Shown piece after piece: positions 1 to 9,962 of a stretch of 64,000 bases of DNA. The position numbers were made by a program, and so were the translations under genes. Position 1 is the first letter of the stretch. The number at the start of each line of letters is the position of its first letter. The stretch is from Patescibacteria group bacterium (GTDB taxonomy: Bacteria > Patescibacteriota > Minisyncoccia > Phycocordibacterales > UBA918): assembly GCA_019752815.1 (NCBI GenBank), contig JAIELQ010000007.1:40922-104921 (forward strand). The letters are read 5' to 3'. The notes under the pieces are model-generated. The model ran no database searches. It was not told the origin of the DNA and saw only the letters and a list, made by a program, of their open reading frames with translations.

Positions 1-1
1 T

Positions 2-1747
2 ACGACACTGTCTGTTGATGAGCGTATTGAAGATTTGCTTGCGCAAATGACCATGGCAGAAAAGATTGGGCAGATGGCGCTGGTGGAGAAAAATAGTCTG
101 TCTGATGTGGGCGATATTGCAACCTATGGACTAGGAGCAGTGTTAAGTGGTGCGGGAGCAAAGCCAGAAGATAATACGGTTGAAGGTTGGAGTGAGATGA
201 TTGCCGGGTTCCAAACCGAAGCAAAAAAATCACGATTGCAAATCCCTTTGCTCTATGGGGTAGATGCCGTTCATGGTCATGCCATGATTCCAAATGCCAC
301 TGTGTTCCCGCACCAGATTGGTCTCGGGGCAACGGGGGATGCGGATTTGGTGCAGGCGATAGGTGAAGCAACTGCCAAAGATTTGGTGACGTCGGGAGTG
401 AATTGGAACTATGCTCCCAATCTCGATTTGCCCATCGATATTCGCTGGGGGCGAATGTATGAAGCGTTTTCTGATGACCCTTTACTGACTGCTCGGTTAG
501 GAGCGGCGTACGTTCGCGGATTGCAGGCGACATCAACTACAGGAAAAATTCCAGTACTGGCAACCTTGAAACATTTCACCGGCGTTGGTTCGATGCAATG
601 GAATAGTTCTCTCAATAAAAATTATAAACTGGATCAGGGGGTCACCGAAGCCGACGCAAAATTACTCCAGTCAACTTATTTACCGCCGTTTAAAGCGGCG
701 ATTGATGCAGGTGCTCTGTCTGTGATGATTGGGTTACATATGTGGGGTGACGGTAAAATGATCGCCAACAAAGATATCATCACCGGAGAATTAAAAAATA
801 ATTTAGGCTTTACCGGATTTGTTGTATCAGACTGGTACGGACTGTATGAAAATGCAGGCAACAAATTTATGGCTACTGTCCGGGGTATCAATGCTGGGGT
901 TGATATGGTGATGTTACCGTTTGATTATCGAACCTTTATTCGCCATATGACCTGGGCTAATCGATTGGGGTTGATTTCGGATAGTCGCATTGATGATGCG
1001 ACAAGACGAATCTTGCGCGCTAAGTTCACGCTCGGATTATTTGATGGTGATATGACGGTGTCACCGGTATTAGCGCAACATCGAGAATTGTCACGCCAAG
1101 CCGTAGCACAGTCTCTCGTATTGCTTAAGAACGATGTAAAGGTGTTGCCACTACAGCCAACCGTTTCGCATATACGCGTGGCTGGAAGTGCTGCTGACAA
1201 TATTGGGTTGCAGTCGGGAGCCTGGACTGTAGAGTGGCAGGGGGTTGATGGTAACTGGCTCCCGGGTGCCACCTCGATTCTGGACGGTATTAAAAAACAG
1301 GTATCACTAAACACAAATGTTGAATACAGTCTTACGGGAGAGTTTATAACGGCGGTTAAAAAAGTACCCCTGGGGATTGCGGTTGTGGGTGAAACACCAT
1401 ATGCCGAAGGTTGGGGTGATAGAGAGTATCCGATTTTATCAAATGAGGATTTAACAGCGATAAAAAATCTACAAGCGTCCTGTGATAACGTCGTGGTAGT
1501 GATTGTGTCTGGGCGCCCACTATTAATTGCCAATGAAGTAGGCAGTTGGGATACGTTGGTCGCTGCGTGGCTACCTGGAACTGAAGGCATTGGTGTGGCT
1601 GATGTATTGTTCGGAAAGAAACAATTTATGGGCACATTGCCAGTACCGTGGCCAGCTTCCTCCGAGCAATTACCTATGACTCATACCGGAGAAACGGCTG
1701 ATGGTACGCCCGTGCTGTTTCCTCGATACACGGGGCTCGCATATTAA
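2..1747 (+). CDS. Glycoside hydrolase family 3 beta-glucosidase (5' truncated by window edge)
   Basis: Frame is open from base 2 (TTLSVDERIEDLL...). GH3 motifs: MTMAEKIGQM, DAVHG, RWGRMYEAFSDDP, KHF, GFVVSDW, C-terminal AWLPGTEG. Confidence 0.92.
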   Translation, partial: TTLSVDERIEDLLAQMTMAEKIGQMALVEKNSLSDVGDIATYGLGAVLSGAGAKPEDNTVEGWSEMIAGFQTEAKKSRLQIPLLYGVDAVHGHAMIPNATVFPHQIGLGATGDADLVQAIGEATAKDLVTSGVNWNYAPNLDLPIDIRWGRMYEAFSDDPLLTARLGAAYVRGLQATSTTGKIPVLATLKHFTGVGSMQWNSSLNKNYKLDQGVTEADAKLLQSTYLPPFKAAIDAGALSVMIGLHMWGDGKMIANKDIITGELKNNLGFTGFVVSDWYGLYENAGNKFMATVRGINAGVDMVMLPFDYRTFIRHMTWANRLGLISDSRIDDATRRILRAKFTLGLFDGDMTVSPVLAQHRELSRQAVAQSLVLLKNDVKVLPLQPTVSHIRVAGSAADNIGLQSGAWTVEWQGVDGNWLPGATSILDGIKKQVSLNTNVEYSLTGEFITAVKKVPLGIAVVGETPYAEGWGDREYPILSNEDLTAIKNLQASCDNVVVVIVSGRPLLIANEVGSWDTLVAAWLPGTEGIGVADVLFGKKQFMGTLPVPWPASSEQLPMTHTGETADGTPVLFPRYTGLAY

Positions 1748-1751
1748 TGTT

Positions 1752-3005
1752 ATGCCTAAACTAACAAAGTCCACATCAATATGGGACGTAACCGTCATTG
1801 GTGGCGGTCCGGCGGGAATGATGGCTGCCATTGAAGCCGGAGCACGTGGCAAGCGGGTTCTATTGATTGAGAAAAATGCTGGGTTAGGTAAGAAGCTGTT
1901 GATTACCGGTGGTGGTCGGTGTAATGTCACCAATAATAAACCAGTGGTGCGGGAGATGTTGAGTCAGTATAAAGAGGCCGGTAAATTTTTGTTCTCAACG
2001 TTTATGCAGTACGGAGTCAAAGAGACAATTGATTTTTTTGCACGTTATAATTTACCGTTTATCGAAGAAAATGAAGGACGTTTGTTTCCGAACACACAAA
2101 AAGCTGAATCAGTTTTTAATGTACTACAGCAAGCTTTGCAAGAGCATGCAGTTACGATTCAGACAGGTAAGAAAGTGGCAGTAATTAAAAAAGCAGGCAC
2201 CCAGTTTAGTGTGGAGTTGTCAGATGGTGAACAAGTACTAACTCAGGCTGTGGTGGTAGCAACCGGCGGCACCGCGAGGCCTGAAACTGGATCAACTGGT
2301 GAGGGATTTCAGTGGTTGGCAGAATTGGGTCACACCATACACGCGGGCAGTACCTCACTAGTTCCGATAACGGTTGCAGAAGACTGGGTAGCAGTGCTCG
2401 GTGGTGTCAGTCTGCCTGAGGCAACACTCAGTATCTACTGTAATGGTACTAAACGACATAAAGCCACTGGGAAATTACTGTTCACACATATTGGTTTGTC
2501 TGGTCCCTTGATTTTAAATCAAAGTAAATTGATTGGTGATTTGTTGGTAGAGGGAGATGTGGTAATAAAAATAGATATCACACCAACGATTGATGCCAGT
2601 GTTATCCAGGCGGAATTACTCGCACTGTTTACCGCTACACCAAATAAAAAACTTAAAAATGTGCTGGGTGAAATAATTAAACCAGCACTCGTGACACCGC
2701 TCTTGCAGTCGCTTATGCTCGATGGAGATGTTCCAGTACACAGCATTACTGCAGCCAATCGTAAACGAATTGGAGTCGTGCTTAAGGCACTGCCTCTCTC
2801 TGTTACGGGTTTGCTTGGTCCTGATAAAGCGGTTGCTACCGCCGGTGGTGTAGATTTGACTGAGGTTGATTTTAAAACGATGGAGTCCAAAATTATACCA
2901 GGGTTGTATATCATTGGAGATGTTCTTGATATCAATCGACCATCAGGGGGATATAGTCTCCAATTAACTTGGTCCACCGGTGCTGTTGCTGGTAGACATG
3001 TCTAA
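1752..3005 (+). CDS. HI0933/BaiN-family NAD(P)/FAD-dependent flavoprotein
   Basis: GGGPAGMMAA, GKKLLITGGGRCNVTN, ATGG, LFTHIGLSGP, TAGGV, GGYSLQ motifs. ATG at 1752 follows the GH3 stop. Confidence 0.92.
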   Translation: MPKLTKSTSIWDVTVIGGGPAGMMAAIEAGARGKRVLLIEKNAGLGKKLLITGGGRCNVTNNKPVVREMLSQYKEAGKFLFSTFMQYGVKETIDFFARYNLPFIEENEGRLFPNTQKAESVFNVLQQALQEHAVTIQTGKKVAVIKKAGTQFSVELSDGEQVLTQAVVVATGGTARPETGSTGEGFQWLAELGHTIHAGSTSLVPITVAEDWVAVLGGVSLPEATLSIYCNGTKRHKATGKLLFTHIGLSGPLILNQSKLIGDLLVEGDVVIKIDITPTIDASVIQAELLALFTATPNKKLKNVLGEIIKPALVTPLLQSLMLDGDVPVHSITAANRKRIGVVLKALPLSVTGLLGPDKAVATAGGVDLTEVDFKTMESKIIPGLYIIGDVLDINRPSGGYSLQLTWSTGAVAGRHV

Positions 3006-3015
3006 AAAATAGAGG

Positions 3016-3135
3016 TGACATCTAAAACTGGTAAGCTTCGTTGTTGTCTTTCAAAAAATAAATTTCAACGTACAATAAGTACGTCTCAAATTATTTTTCT
3101 CAGTCGCCTAGAATCTTACTCAGTTTTAAACGTCA
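3016..3135 (+). repeat. Family E palindromic element, copy E1
   Basis: Terminal IR tgacatctaaaactg/cagttttaaacgtca. Core CGTTG...TCAaCGTAC-aataa-GTACGtCTC...GCCTAG. Starts 10 nt after the stop codon. Confidence 0.8.
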
Positions 3136-3151
3136 AACTAACATTCAAACC

Positions 3152-3385
3152 ATGACAGAACAACCAAAAAATCCCCTACACGGAATAACTCTTAAAATGA
3201 TTTTGGAGACTCTCATTTCCGAGTATGGATTTCCAACATTAGGTACTAAAATCAACATCAAATGTTTTCAAGAAAAACCAAGTCTTAATTCGAGTCTAGT
3301 CTTTTTGCGCAAAACACCATGGGCACGGGCGAAGGTAGAAAAGCTTTATTTACAGACAGTTAAACGGAAAAAGACTGGTCAGTAG
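3152..3385 (+). CDS. VF530/DUF2132-family small DNA-binding protein
   Basis: NPLHGITL...SSLVFLRKTPWARAKVEKLY signature. Confidence 0.88.
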   Translation: MTEQPKNPLHGITLKMILETLISEYGFPTLGTKINIKCFQEKPSLNSSLVFLRKTPWARAKVEKLYLQTVKRKKTGQ

Positions 3386-3433
3386 TGTATTGTTTTCAAT
3401 AATACTACCTATTTCGTTGTATACTATAGACAT

Positions 3434-3700
3434 ATGAAATTAATCATCATTATCCAAACGCTGATTATTATTGCCGGTGCGTATTACGTATATTTACTGA
3501 GCAATCCAAAAGAAGTCATTGTTGAACCTGTGCCTGAAGCGAGTGTGCCGGTGATTGAATCTGATTCTGTTCGTGAAGGCTACACTCCACCAACCGTAAA
3601 CCCGCCCGCTGATCCCGCTACCCTCAATAGTGAAGTGACAGGGCATAGTGACGTAGGAATGGAGTACCCAATTCCTGACGAAGAAATCCAGGTTCGGTAA
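3434..3700 (+). CDS. Hypothetical single-pass membrane protein with Pro/acidic tail
   Basis: N-terminal hydrophobic helix. TATACT promoter just upstream and terminator downstream. Confidence 0.7.
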   Translation: MKLIIIIQTLIIIAGAYYVYLLSNPKEVIVEPVPEASVPVIESDSVREGYTPPTVNPPADPATLNSEVTGHSDVGMEYPIPDEEIQVR

Positions 3701-3713
3701 TCATCCAAGTTAC

Positions 3714-3754
3714 AAACTAAAAGCACGAGACATTGTCTCGTGCTTTTAGTTTTT
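3714..3754. terminator. Bidirectional intrinsic terminator
   Basis: actaaaagcacgagac-att-gtctcgtgcttttagt hairpin with A/T tails between convergent genes. Confidence 0.8.
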
Positions 3755-3789
3755 AGTAAACGCAATGATTCTTCTAGTAAGAATTGATT

Positions 3790-3891
3790 AAAATAGAGTC
3801 AGTCCTAGGCGCACAAGGAATTTAGGTCGAGGCGTACATCTGTACGATGAGGCATAAATTTCCGCAGTGCAACAACGGAATGAACTATTTT
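3790..3891 (-). repeat. Family E palindromic element, copy E2
   Basis: Minus strand reads CGTTGttgcactgcg...TCAtCGTAC-agat-GTACGcCTC...cttgtgcGCCTAG. Abuts the stop of the minus-strand methyltransferase. Confidence 0.85.
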
Positions 3892-4628
3892 TATCGATTC
3901 GTGTAGTCTTTTTCTACGTATATAGAAACTGTCCTGCGCTTTCGGGCCTTGCCTTTCAGTACATGTTTATGTGACTTGTAAATTTTATGGACGATAAATT
4001 TTTCTGATAAAAATTCAGTGAGCGCTTCAAGTGAGTAGACGTACTCATCTACACCAATGACGGGGTGGACGTACGAACCAGTTTCCTTGCCGGGGAAGTC
4101 ACGTAATAGTCGGCGGGTATGTAAATCTTCATCTGCCAAAAAAGTCTTCATGAATAAAAATCCACCTGGAACGAGCACGCGATAAATTTCATCACGGAGG
4201 GTCTGTCGTTCCTTTTGATTTAAAAAGTGTGACGTCATCATGTCGAGCACTAATGTTTGTGAGTTGTCAGGTACATCAAGAGGTCCCGCAATACTGCGCG
4301 CGGTGTAATCTATTGCGTAGTCGGCTGAAGCTGCTTTGGCTTGGTCAATCGCAGAAACAGAAATATCATAGCCAATACCCTTCATGCCAAATTCTCGGGC
4401 GAGGAAAATTATGTTACGTCCATTGCCACACCCTACATCGAGGACAGAGGCGGTTTGCGCTAATATATCACCACGTTTTTGACGAATAATGTAGCGAGTG
4501 AATTTCTCCAAGTCTTCACTATGGTCTGACGATAGTTTTAAGTGGCTAGCTTCTTTATACTCCTTATCCCAAAAGGTAGTACCATGTGTCTTCTTTTTCT
4601 GTTTGCGTATAAAGGGTCGTTTTGCCAT
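3891..4628 (-). CDS. Class I SAM-dependent methyltransferase
   Basis: VLDVGCGNGRN motif I and IYRVLVPGG. Likely start MAKRPF. Confidence 0.88.
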   Translation of the reverse strand: MAKRPFIRKQKKKTHGTTFWDKEYKEASHLKLSSDHSEDLEKFTRYIIRQKRGDILAQTASVLDVGCGNGRNIIFLAREFGMKGIGYDISVSAIDQAKAASADYAIDYTARSIAGPLDVPDNSQTLVLDMMTSHFLNQKERQTLRDEIYRVLVPGGFLFMKTFLADEDLHTRRLLRDFPGKETGSYVHPVIGVDEYVYSLEALTEFLSEKFIVHKIYKSHKHVLKGKARKRRTVSIYVEKDYTNR

Positions 4629-4725
4629 CGGGATTTTATGAAATCTTATTACATCATAAAAAGTTGTAACTTGCAAGGTTAATAGCATTAGAATACGCTA
4701 TTTAATTTGCTATACTAGGCGGTAT

Positions 4726-5451
4726 ATGAAAAATCCTTGGGTAATAATCGGAGTTTTGATGGTGGTGCTTATTGGTGGTTCAGTCTGGTACTCAAATAGT
4801 GTCTCTGCAACCTACAATGAAGGGGTCGAAGTCAAAGCACATATTAAAGGTGGTGAAAACGCCGCTGTGACGTTGGTTGAATACAGTGACTTTCAATGTC
4901 CTGCTTGTGGAGCATTTCAGCCCGTTCTGAATGAGGTGTTGGCACAATACGGAGACAAAATTAAATTTGAATACAAACACTACCCGCTCGTGCAAATTCA
5001 CCCGTTTGCCGAACCAGCCGCGCGCGCCGCAGAAGCGGCTGCCCAGCAAGGTAAATTCTTTGAATTTGCTGATATGTTGTTCGAGAAACAAGCTGAGTGG
5101 AGTAAGGGTAGTAACCCTACCGGTTTCTTTACCCGATATGCGACTGAACTCGGTCTTGATATGGAGTTATTCGCCAAGCACCAGAAATCGAGCCTATTAA
5201 GTGATAACGTGCGTGCCCATATGGCGGAAGCGCGTGGTTTAGGACTAACCGGCACACCGTCGTTTTATCTCAATGGTGTAAAAATGGAAAATTCCACCTT
5301 TGAAGACTTTAAAGCGCAAATTGAAGCAGCGGTGAATCCGCAAGTAGATTTCAATCTTCCAAGTGAAGAACTACGAATGATTCCAGTAGAAGGGGAAGCG
5401 AGTACTACCGCAGAAGCGACTGCCACTCCCGCAGTACAGTTTGGGATTTAA
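4726..5451 (+). CDS. Membrane-anchored DsbA/thioredoxin-fold oxidoreductase
   Basis: N-terminal TM, EYSDFQCPAC (CxxC), GTPSFYLNG cis-Pro loop. Confidence 0.9.
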   Translation: MKNPWVIIGVLMVVLIGGSVWYSNSVSATYNEGVEVKAHIKGGENAAVTLVEYSDFQCPACGAFQPVLNEVLAQYGDKIKFEYKHYPLVQIHPFAEPAARAAEAAAQQGKFFEFADMLFEKQAEWSKGSNPTGFFTRYATELGLDMELFAKHQKSSLLSDNVRAHMAEARGLGLTGTPSFYLNGVKMENSTFEDFKAQIEAAVNPQVDFNLPSEELRMIPVEGEASTTAEATATPAVQFGI

Positions 5452-5453
5452 GT

Positions 5454-6811
5454 ATGGAGCGAGCGCCTCAAGAGTTTGATACTGAAGCGTTTGATGAATA
5501 TATCTACCCACAGTTTTCACGAGCTAAGGTCTCAGTGTTGAGTGACGTGAAGCCCGATAAAAAATGTTTAACAGAAGTGAAGACAGATTTTATCGCGGGG
5601 AAAATTGAAGAACCAGTTTTGACGTACGAAAAAAATAAAGACACTTGGTACGACGAGCCAGAAATTATCCTGTTAGATTTAAAGAACGAACTTATAGTGC
5701 GTGGAGATATTCCTGAATTTATTCGAGAGCAATATATTTGGGCAATTAATGAGAAGATTGCAAAAATCCGTATGCTGCGCGAGACTCAGGCAGTTACAAA
5801 AGGCGGTGATGTGGAATATCACATGAAGCGCTTTCAACGGTATGCTGACTTTATGTACGGTCAACCAGACCCAAAAATTTTTAATGGGGTAATGCAGCGG
5901 ATTGAACATGAGATTACTGTCACCAAAAATCAAGAAAACGAATCTTCGGAAATTGCTGCAGCAAGAAAAAAACTTTTAGAAATTATTGAGAGTTACAAAG
6001 CTGATAATCCGTACCTAGATTCGCTACAAAATATTAATATTGAGGGTCCCAAAACTGACGAGGAAATTGTAACTGATGCGGAAGTCTTAAAAAAATATTC
6101 GAAGAGGCTCTCATTTCGTACGGCTTGGATGATTGGAAAGTGGTTATTGACAAAAGTGGAACGAGGACAGCCATAGCCGTTTCCGGAGATGGGAAAAAAG
6201 TCTTATTGCCAACATCTGAAAAGCTAGCGCTTCGAAGTAAGAAGCGACAATTGTCAATGTCTATGATCAAAGGTCTTATTGCTCATGAAATTGGTACGCA
6301 TGGACTCCGAAAAAAGAACGGCCAACAGTCCAAAGTACTACTCTTGAGCTCAGGATTAGATAGATATGAACAAGGCGAGGAAGGTCTCGCTACATTTAGG
6401 GAACAAGCTGAAACACCGACAGCAGATTATGCTGGTTTAGAGGCATACTTTGCTATTGGAATAGCAAAAGGCATGGATGGTGGGTCAAAGCGTAATTTTG
6501 CGCAAGTATTTGAAATTTTAACAAATTATTATCTTATCTCAGAGAACACTGATACTGCTCGTGCTAAAGAATTAGCTTGGAGTCGTTGCGAGCGTATTTT
6601 TCGGGGCACAACTGGAACTGTGCCGGGAGTAGTTTTCTCAAAAGACCTCATGTATCGTGAGGGTAATATATCTCACTGGAAAGCAGTAGCTAATGGTGCG
6701 TTAGATGGCCTTGATTTAGATTCTGGAAAATTTGACCCAACTAATCCACGGCATGTTAATTTTCTCAATAATCTTAAGGAATTGAATCAGAAAGTGGATC
6801 AGCTGCAATAA
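5454..6811 (+). pseudogene. DUF1704 (QEGLA-motif/MATCAP-like) zinc metallopeptidase, split by a -1 frameshift at the A7 run 6089-6095
   Basis: Two overlapping ORFs join at tta aaa aaa. The downstream part has AHEIGTHG, EEGLA, RIFRG and KDLMYREG. Confidence 0.75.
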
Positions 6812-6867
6812 ATACACTTTGTGGAAGGTTTTTTACAAAAGTATTTGATTGTTATTCGTATAAGATT

Positions 6868-7734
6868 TTATGAGACTTCAATTATTTTAGCTATTGTAGA
6901 AAATACAAAGTCTTTACCATAAATAGATTCGAATCCGTTTATCTGAGGAGATTTATTGACTTCGAGTACAATAGGTCCGTTTTCGGTATGAATAAAATCT
7001 ACACCGCCAAAATCTATGCCGGTTGCTTTGCAGGCAGCAATGGCAATTGCGGCCTCACTTTCGGTTAGTGTGTACGGTTCAACCAGGGCGCCTTTAGCTA
7101 CGTTGTTGTGAAAGGCTCCGTTTTGGGCAATGCGTTTGATAGTGCCCAGAATTTTTCCGTTAAAGACCAAGGTGCGGGTGTCAAAGGTATTAGGGATGAC
7201 ACGTTGGATTAGACATAGTCTGTGAGTCGGTTTTTCAGAAATGAGGTCGTCAAGTTCTGTGCGGTTTTGTACCAGCACCACATTCCTGCCTTGGCTACCA
7301 TCAGTTTTAAACACACAGGGGAAAAATAGTTTCGATCGTAGGTATTCTTCATTGCTTACAAAAGAGTCTTCCTGAAAAATAACTGTTTCGGGAATTTTTA
7401 TGTTTGCACGTGCTAGAGCAGCCATTTGGGTAATTTTTTCTTCAGCATGCACAAATTTTTGGTTCACCGGATCGTTCATTTTGACTCCCAGTGAGTCCAA
7501 GTGTTCAAAAAGAATTCCGCAGAAATGTTGATCATGTGCCCGCAGTCGAGTAAATAAATAATCAATATTAAAATCGCAGACTTCGTTTTTATGGACAAAG
7601 GTAATTAATCCGGTGTCATCAATATGCAGCAGCATATTTTTTGAACGATAGAATACAAGTGAGGAAGTATCTACTCCCAGAGCAAAGGCGGCTCGAGTTT
7701 TACTACCGGCGTTTAATAAGGCAATTTTTTGCAT
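6868..7734 (-). CDS. RimK-like ATP-grasp peptide ligase
   Basis: FPCVFKTDGSQGRNV, IQRVI...DTRTLV, FHNNVAKG, GGVDFI, VLEVNKSP. Confidence 0.88.
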   Translation of the reverse strand: MQKIALLNAGSKTRAAFALGVDTSSLVFYRSKNMLLHIDDTGLITFVHKNEVCDFNIDYLFTRLRAHDQHFCGILFEHLDSLGVKMNDPVNQKFVHAEEKITQMAALARANIKIPETVIFQEDSFVSNEEYLRSKLFFPCVFKTDGSQGRNVVLVQNRTELDDLISEKPTHRLCLIQRVIPNTFDTRTLVFNGKILGTIKRIAQNGAFHNNVAKGALVEPYTLTESEAAIAIAACKATGIDFGGVDFIHTENGPIVLEVNKSPQINGFESIYGKDFVFSTIAKIIEVS

Positions 7735-7842
7735 AGGATTAACAGTCTAGCATGCCTCAGTAAAAAAGATAGACGGGTGATTGTATCTGTGCTATAATCA
7801 TGGCATCTAACATTCTCCTTGTTGCCAGCAACAATATTTCCT

Positions 7843-9114
7843 ATGTCTAAAAAAGCAGAAAAAAACATTATTGCTTTTGTGGCTAATTTGCCGCAATCGT
7901 CTGTTGAGAGTATTCATGCGTATGGGAAAAAGACCGGTCAAAAGTTCCGTATTATGTTGATTTTAGATAAGAAGCATACTGAACTCAAGAGAGAGCCACA
8001 ATGTGATATTTTGCTCAAAATTGATTTTTCTAAGTCAGAAAAAATTACAGAAGCCCTGTTACCATATGAGAACCAGTTACTTGCGATTACCTGTCGGAGT
8101 GAAGCTAATATTGCTCGGTTTGCCAAAATTATCCCCTGTGTTCCGTATTTACGAACTCCAACAAGTGAATCATTGTCGTGGGCCACTGATAAGTATGAAA
8201 TGCGGAAACGCTTTAAGCTGTATGACCCAAAGATCACTCCCAAGTTTACGCTTGTAAAAGATACCTCTGTCGCTGAATCAAAACGACTAATTGAAAAAAT
8301 TGGTTTTCCTATGATTATTAAACCGGCCAACTTGGCGGCGAGTTTGTTTGTGACTATTTGTTATCACGAAGATGAGCTTAAAACTGCTCTCGCTACCTGT
8401 TTCCGCAAAATCCGTAAAGCGTACGAAAACGATAAACGGTTAGAGGAACCAAAAGTTATTGCTGAAGAGTACATGGAAGGTGACATCTATTCCATTGATA
8501 GTTACGTAAATTCGCGTGGTACGGTCTATCACTTGCCGATGGTCCGGGTGAAAACTGGTAAAGACATTGGTCACCATGACTTTTATGGGTATACCCAGAT
8601 GACACCAACAATTCTCAAACGCGACACTATTAAGCGTGCTGAAGCAGTAGCTGAGACTGCTATTCATGCGCTCGGGTTACGCAGCTCAACTGCTCATACA
8701 GAACTGATGAAAATTGACGGAGAGTTTAAGGTCATTGAACTGGGACCTCGTATGGGCGGGGCGCGGGATAAGCTCTATAACCTCAGCTGTAACATTGACC
8801 ACCCTCTGAACGATGTTCTCATTCGTATTCCAAAAAAACCAAAAATTCCAAAAAAATGTAATGGTAATGCCGTCTACATGAAATGGTTCTTACCTAAAGA
8901 AGGCATCATCACGTCGCTCGCTGGTATCAAGAAAATTGAACAATTGGAATCATTTTACAAAATTGAAGTGAATAAAAAAATCGGTGATCGGGCTACATTT
9001 GCCCGTAGTGGAGGACGATCAGTCTTTAATTTGTATCTCTATAATGCCGATCGGGCAAAATTGTTGGCAGATATTCGGCGGGTGGAGCAATTGGTGAAGA
9101 TTAAGCTACGGTAA
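7843..9114 (+). CDS. ATP-grasp domain protein (L-amino-acid ligase-like)
   Basis: TDKYEMR, GFPMIIKP, EEYMEG, HTELM, IELGPRMGG. Confidence 0.85.
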   Translation: MSKKAEKNIIAFVANLPQSSVESIHAYGKKTGQKFRIMLILDKKHTELKREPQCDILLKIDFSKSEKITEALLPYENQLLAITCRSEANIARFAKIIPCVPYLRTPTSESLSWATDKYEMRKRFKLYDPKITPKFTLVKDTSVAESKRLIEKIGFPMIIKPANLAASLFVTICYHEDELKTALATCFRKIRKAYENDKRLEEPKVIAEEYMEGDIYSIDSYVNSRGTVYHLPMVRVKTGKDIGHHDFYGYTQMTPTILKRDTIKRAEAVAETAIHALGLRSSTAHTELMKIDGEFKVIELGPRMGGARDKLYNLSCNIDHPLNDVLIRIPKKPKIPKKCNGNAVYMKWFLPKEGIITSLAGIKKIEQLESFYKIEVNKKIGDRATFARSGGRSVFNLYLYNADRAKLLADIRRVEQLVKIKLR

Positions 9115-9163
9115 GGGGATACACAAGCGAGCGTAGCTCGCTTGTGTTTGGTATGATGAATGT

Positions 9164-9943
9164 ATGATACGGACCCGAAACTTTTTTCTCTTTGTGTTGC
9201 TAGTGGCGTTTTTAATTGGGGGTATTTTGTTGACGCTTTGGTTTAGTGCATCAACGGTCCAGCAGGAGCAGTATGCAGACATGATATTTGGTGGTGACAA
9301 CACCGCTACTATGACTGCCGAGGTGGTGACTCCAGAAGATACTCGACAAAGTCGTTTAGCCAGTTTGCGTGCCAAGCTTGCTAAATACACTGATGTAGCG
9401 ATGGCACCAAGTGTCGAGGAGGTGTCTGTTGAAACTACTAACAGTGAGAATGCGACGACAACAGATGAAGCTCCAGGCAAAGCAACAGCAGATGTATGTG
9501 CAAATTATGGTGCGACTGCTGTCCCAGCCCTCAATGGACAGTTAACGTACGGGGAAAGCGGGGGGCAGCGAACGTTTGGTACAGTGGGCACGACTGAACC
9601 GACTGGCTCATCAACCGTCCCGGCAACTACGGTAGCTACAGTGTTTGTATTGCCACTGCGGACCACTGCCTTGCCGTCACCGTCATGTATTGCGAGTGAC
9701 ATAGTGGCGGTTACACCAACGGGCTCACCAATCAGAAATACTGATTATGCAAAATATCGAGGCGTGGGCGAAGCAACCTTAATTGGATATACGATTGATG
9801 GTTTCGAACTATATGGAGCGAGTAGTAACCTGCAAACTGATGCCTGTGGTGGAACAACTGTTTCGGGAGTCTATCGCTACTATCTCTCAAGCGAACGAGA
9901 CACCGTTCTCAATTGTTTTGCAGCGATACCCGTAGCCTTGTAA
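9164..9943 (+). CDS. Membrane-anchored protein with degenerate YHYH-like C-terminal domain
   Basis: N-terminal TM. LIGYTIDGFELYG...TDACGG...GVYRYY resembles the C-terminal part of YHYH domains. Confidence 0.6.
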   Translation: MIRTRNFFLFVLLVAFLIGGILLTLWFSASTVQQEQYADMIFGGDNTATMTAEVVTPEDTRQSRLASLRAKLAKYTDVAMAPSVEEVSVETTNSENATTTDEAPGKATADVCANYGATAVPALNGQLTYGESGGQRTFGTVGTTEPTGSSTVPATTVATVFVLPLRTTALPSPSCIASDIVAVTPTGSPIRNTDYAKYRGVGEATLIGYTIDGFELYGASSNLQTDACGGTTVSGVYRYYLSSERDTVLNCFAAIPVAL

Positions 9944-9962
9944 CGATTGCCAAGTCACTACC

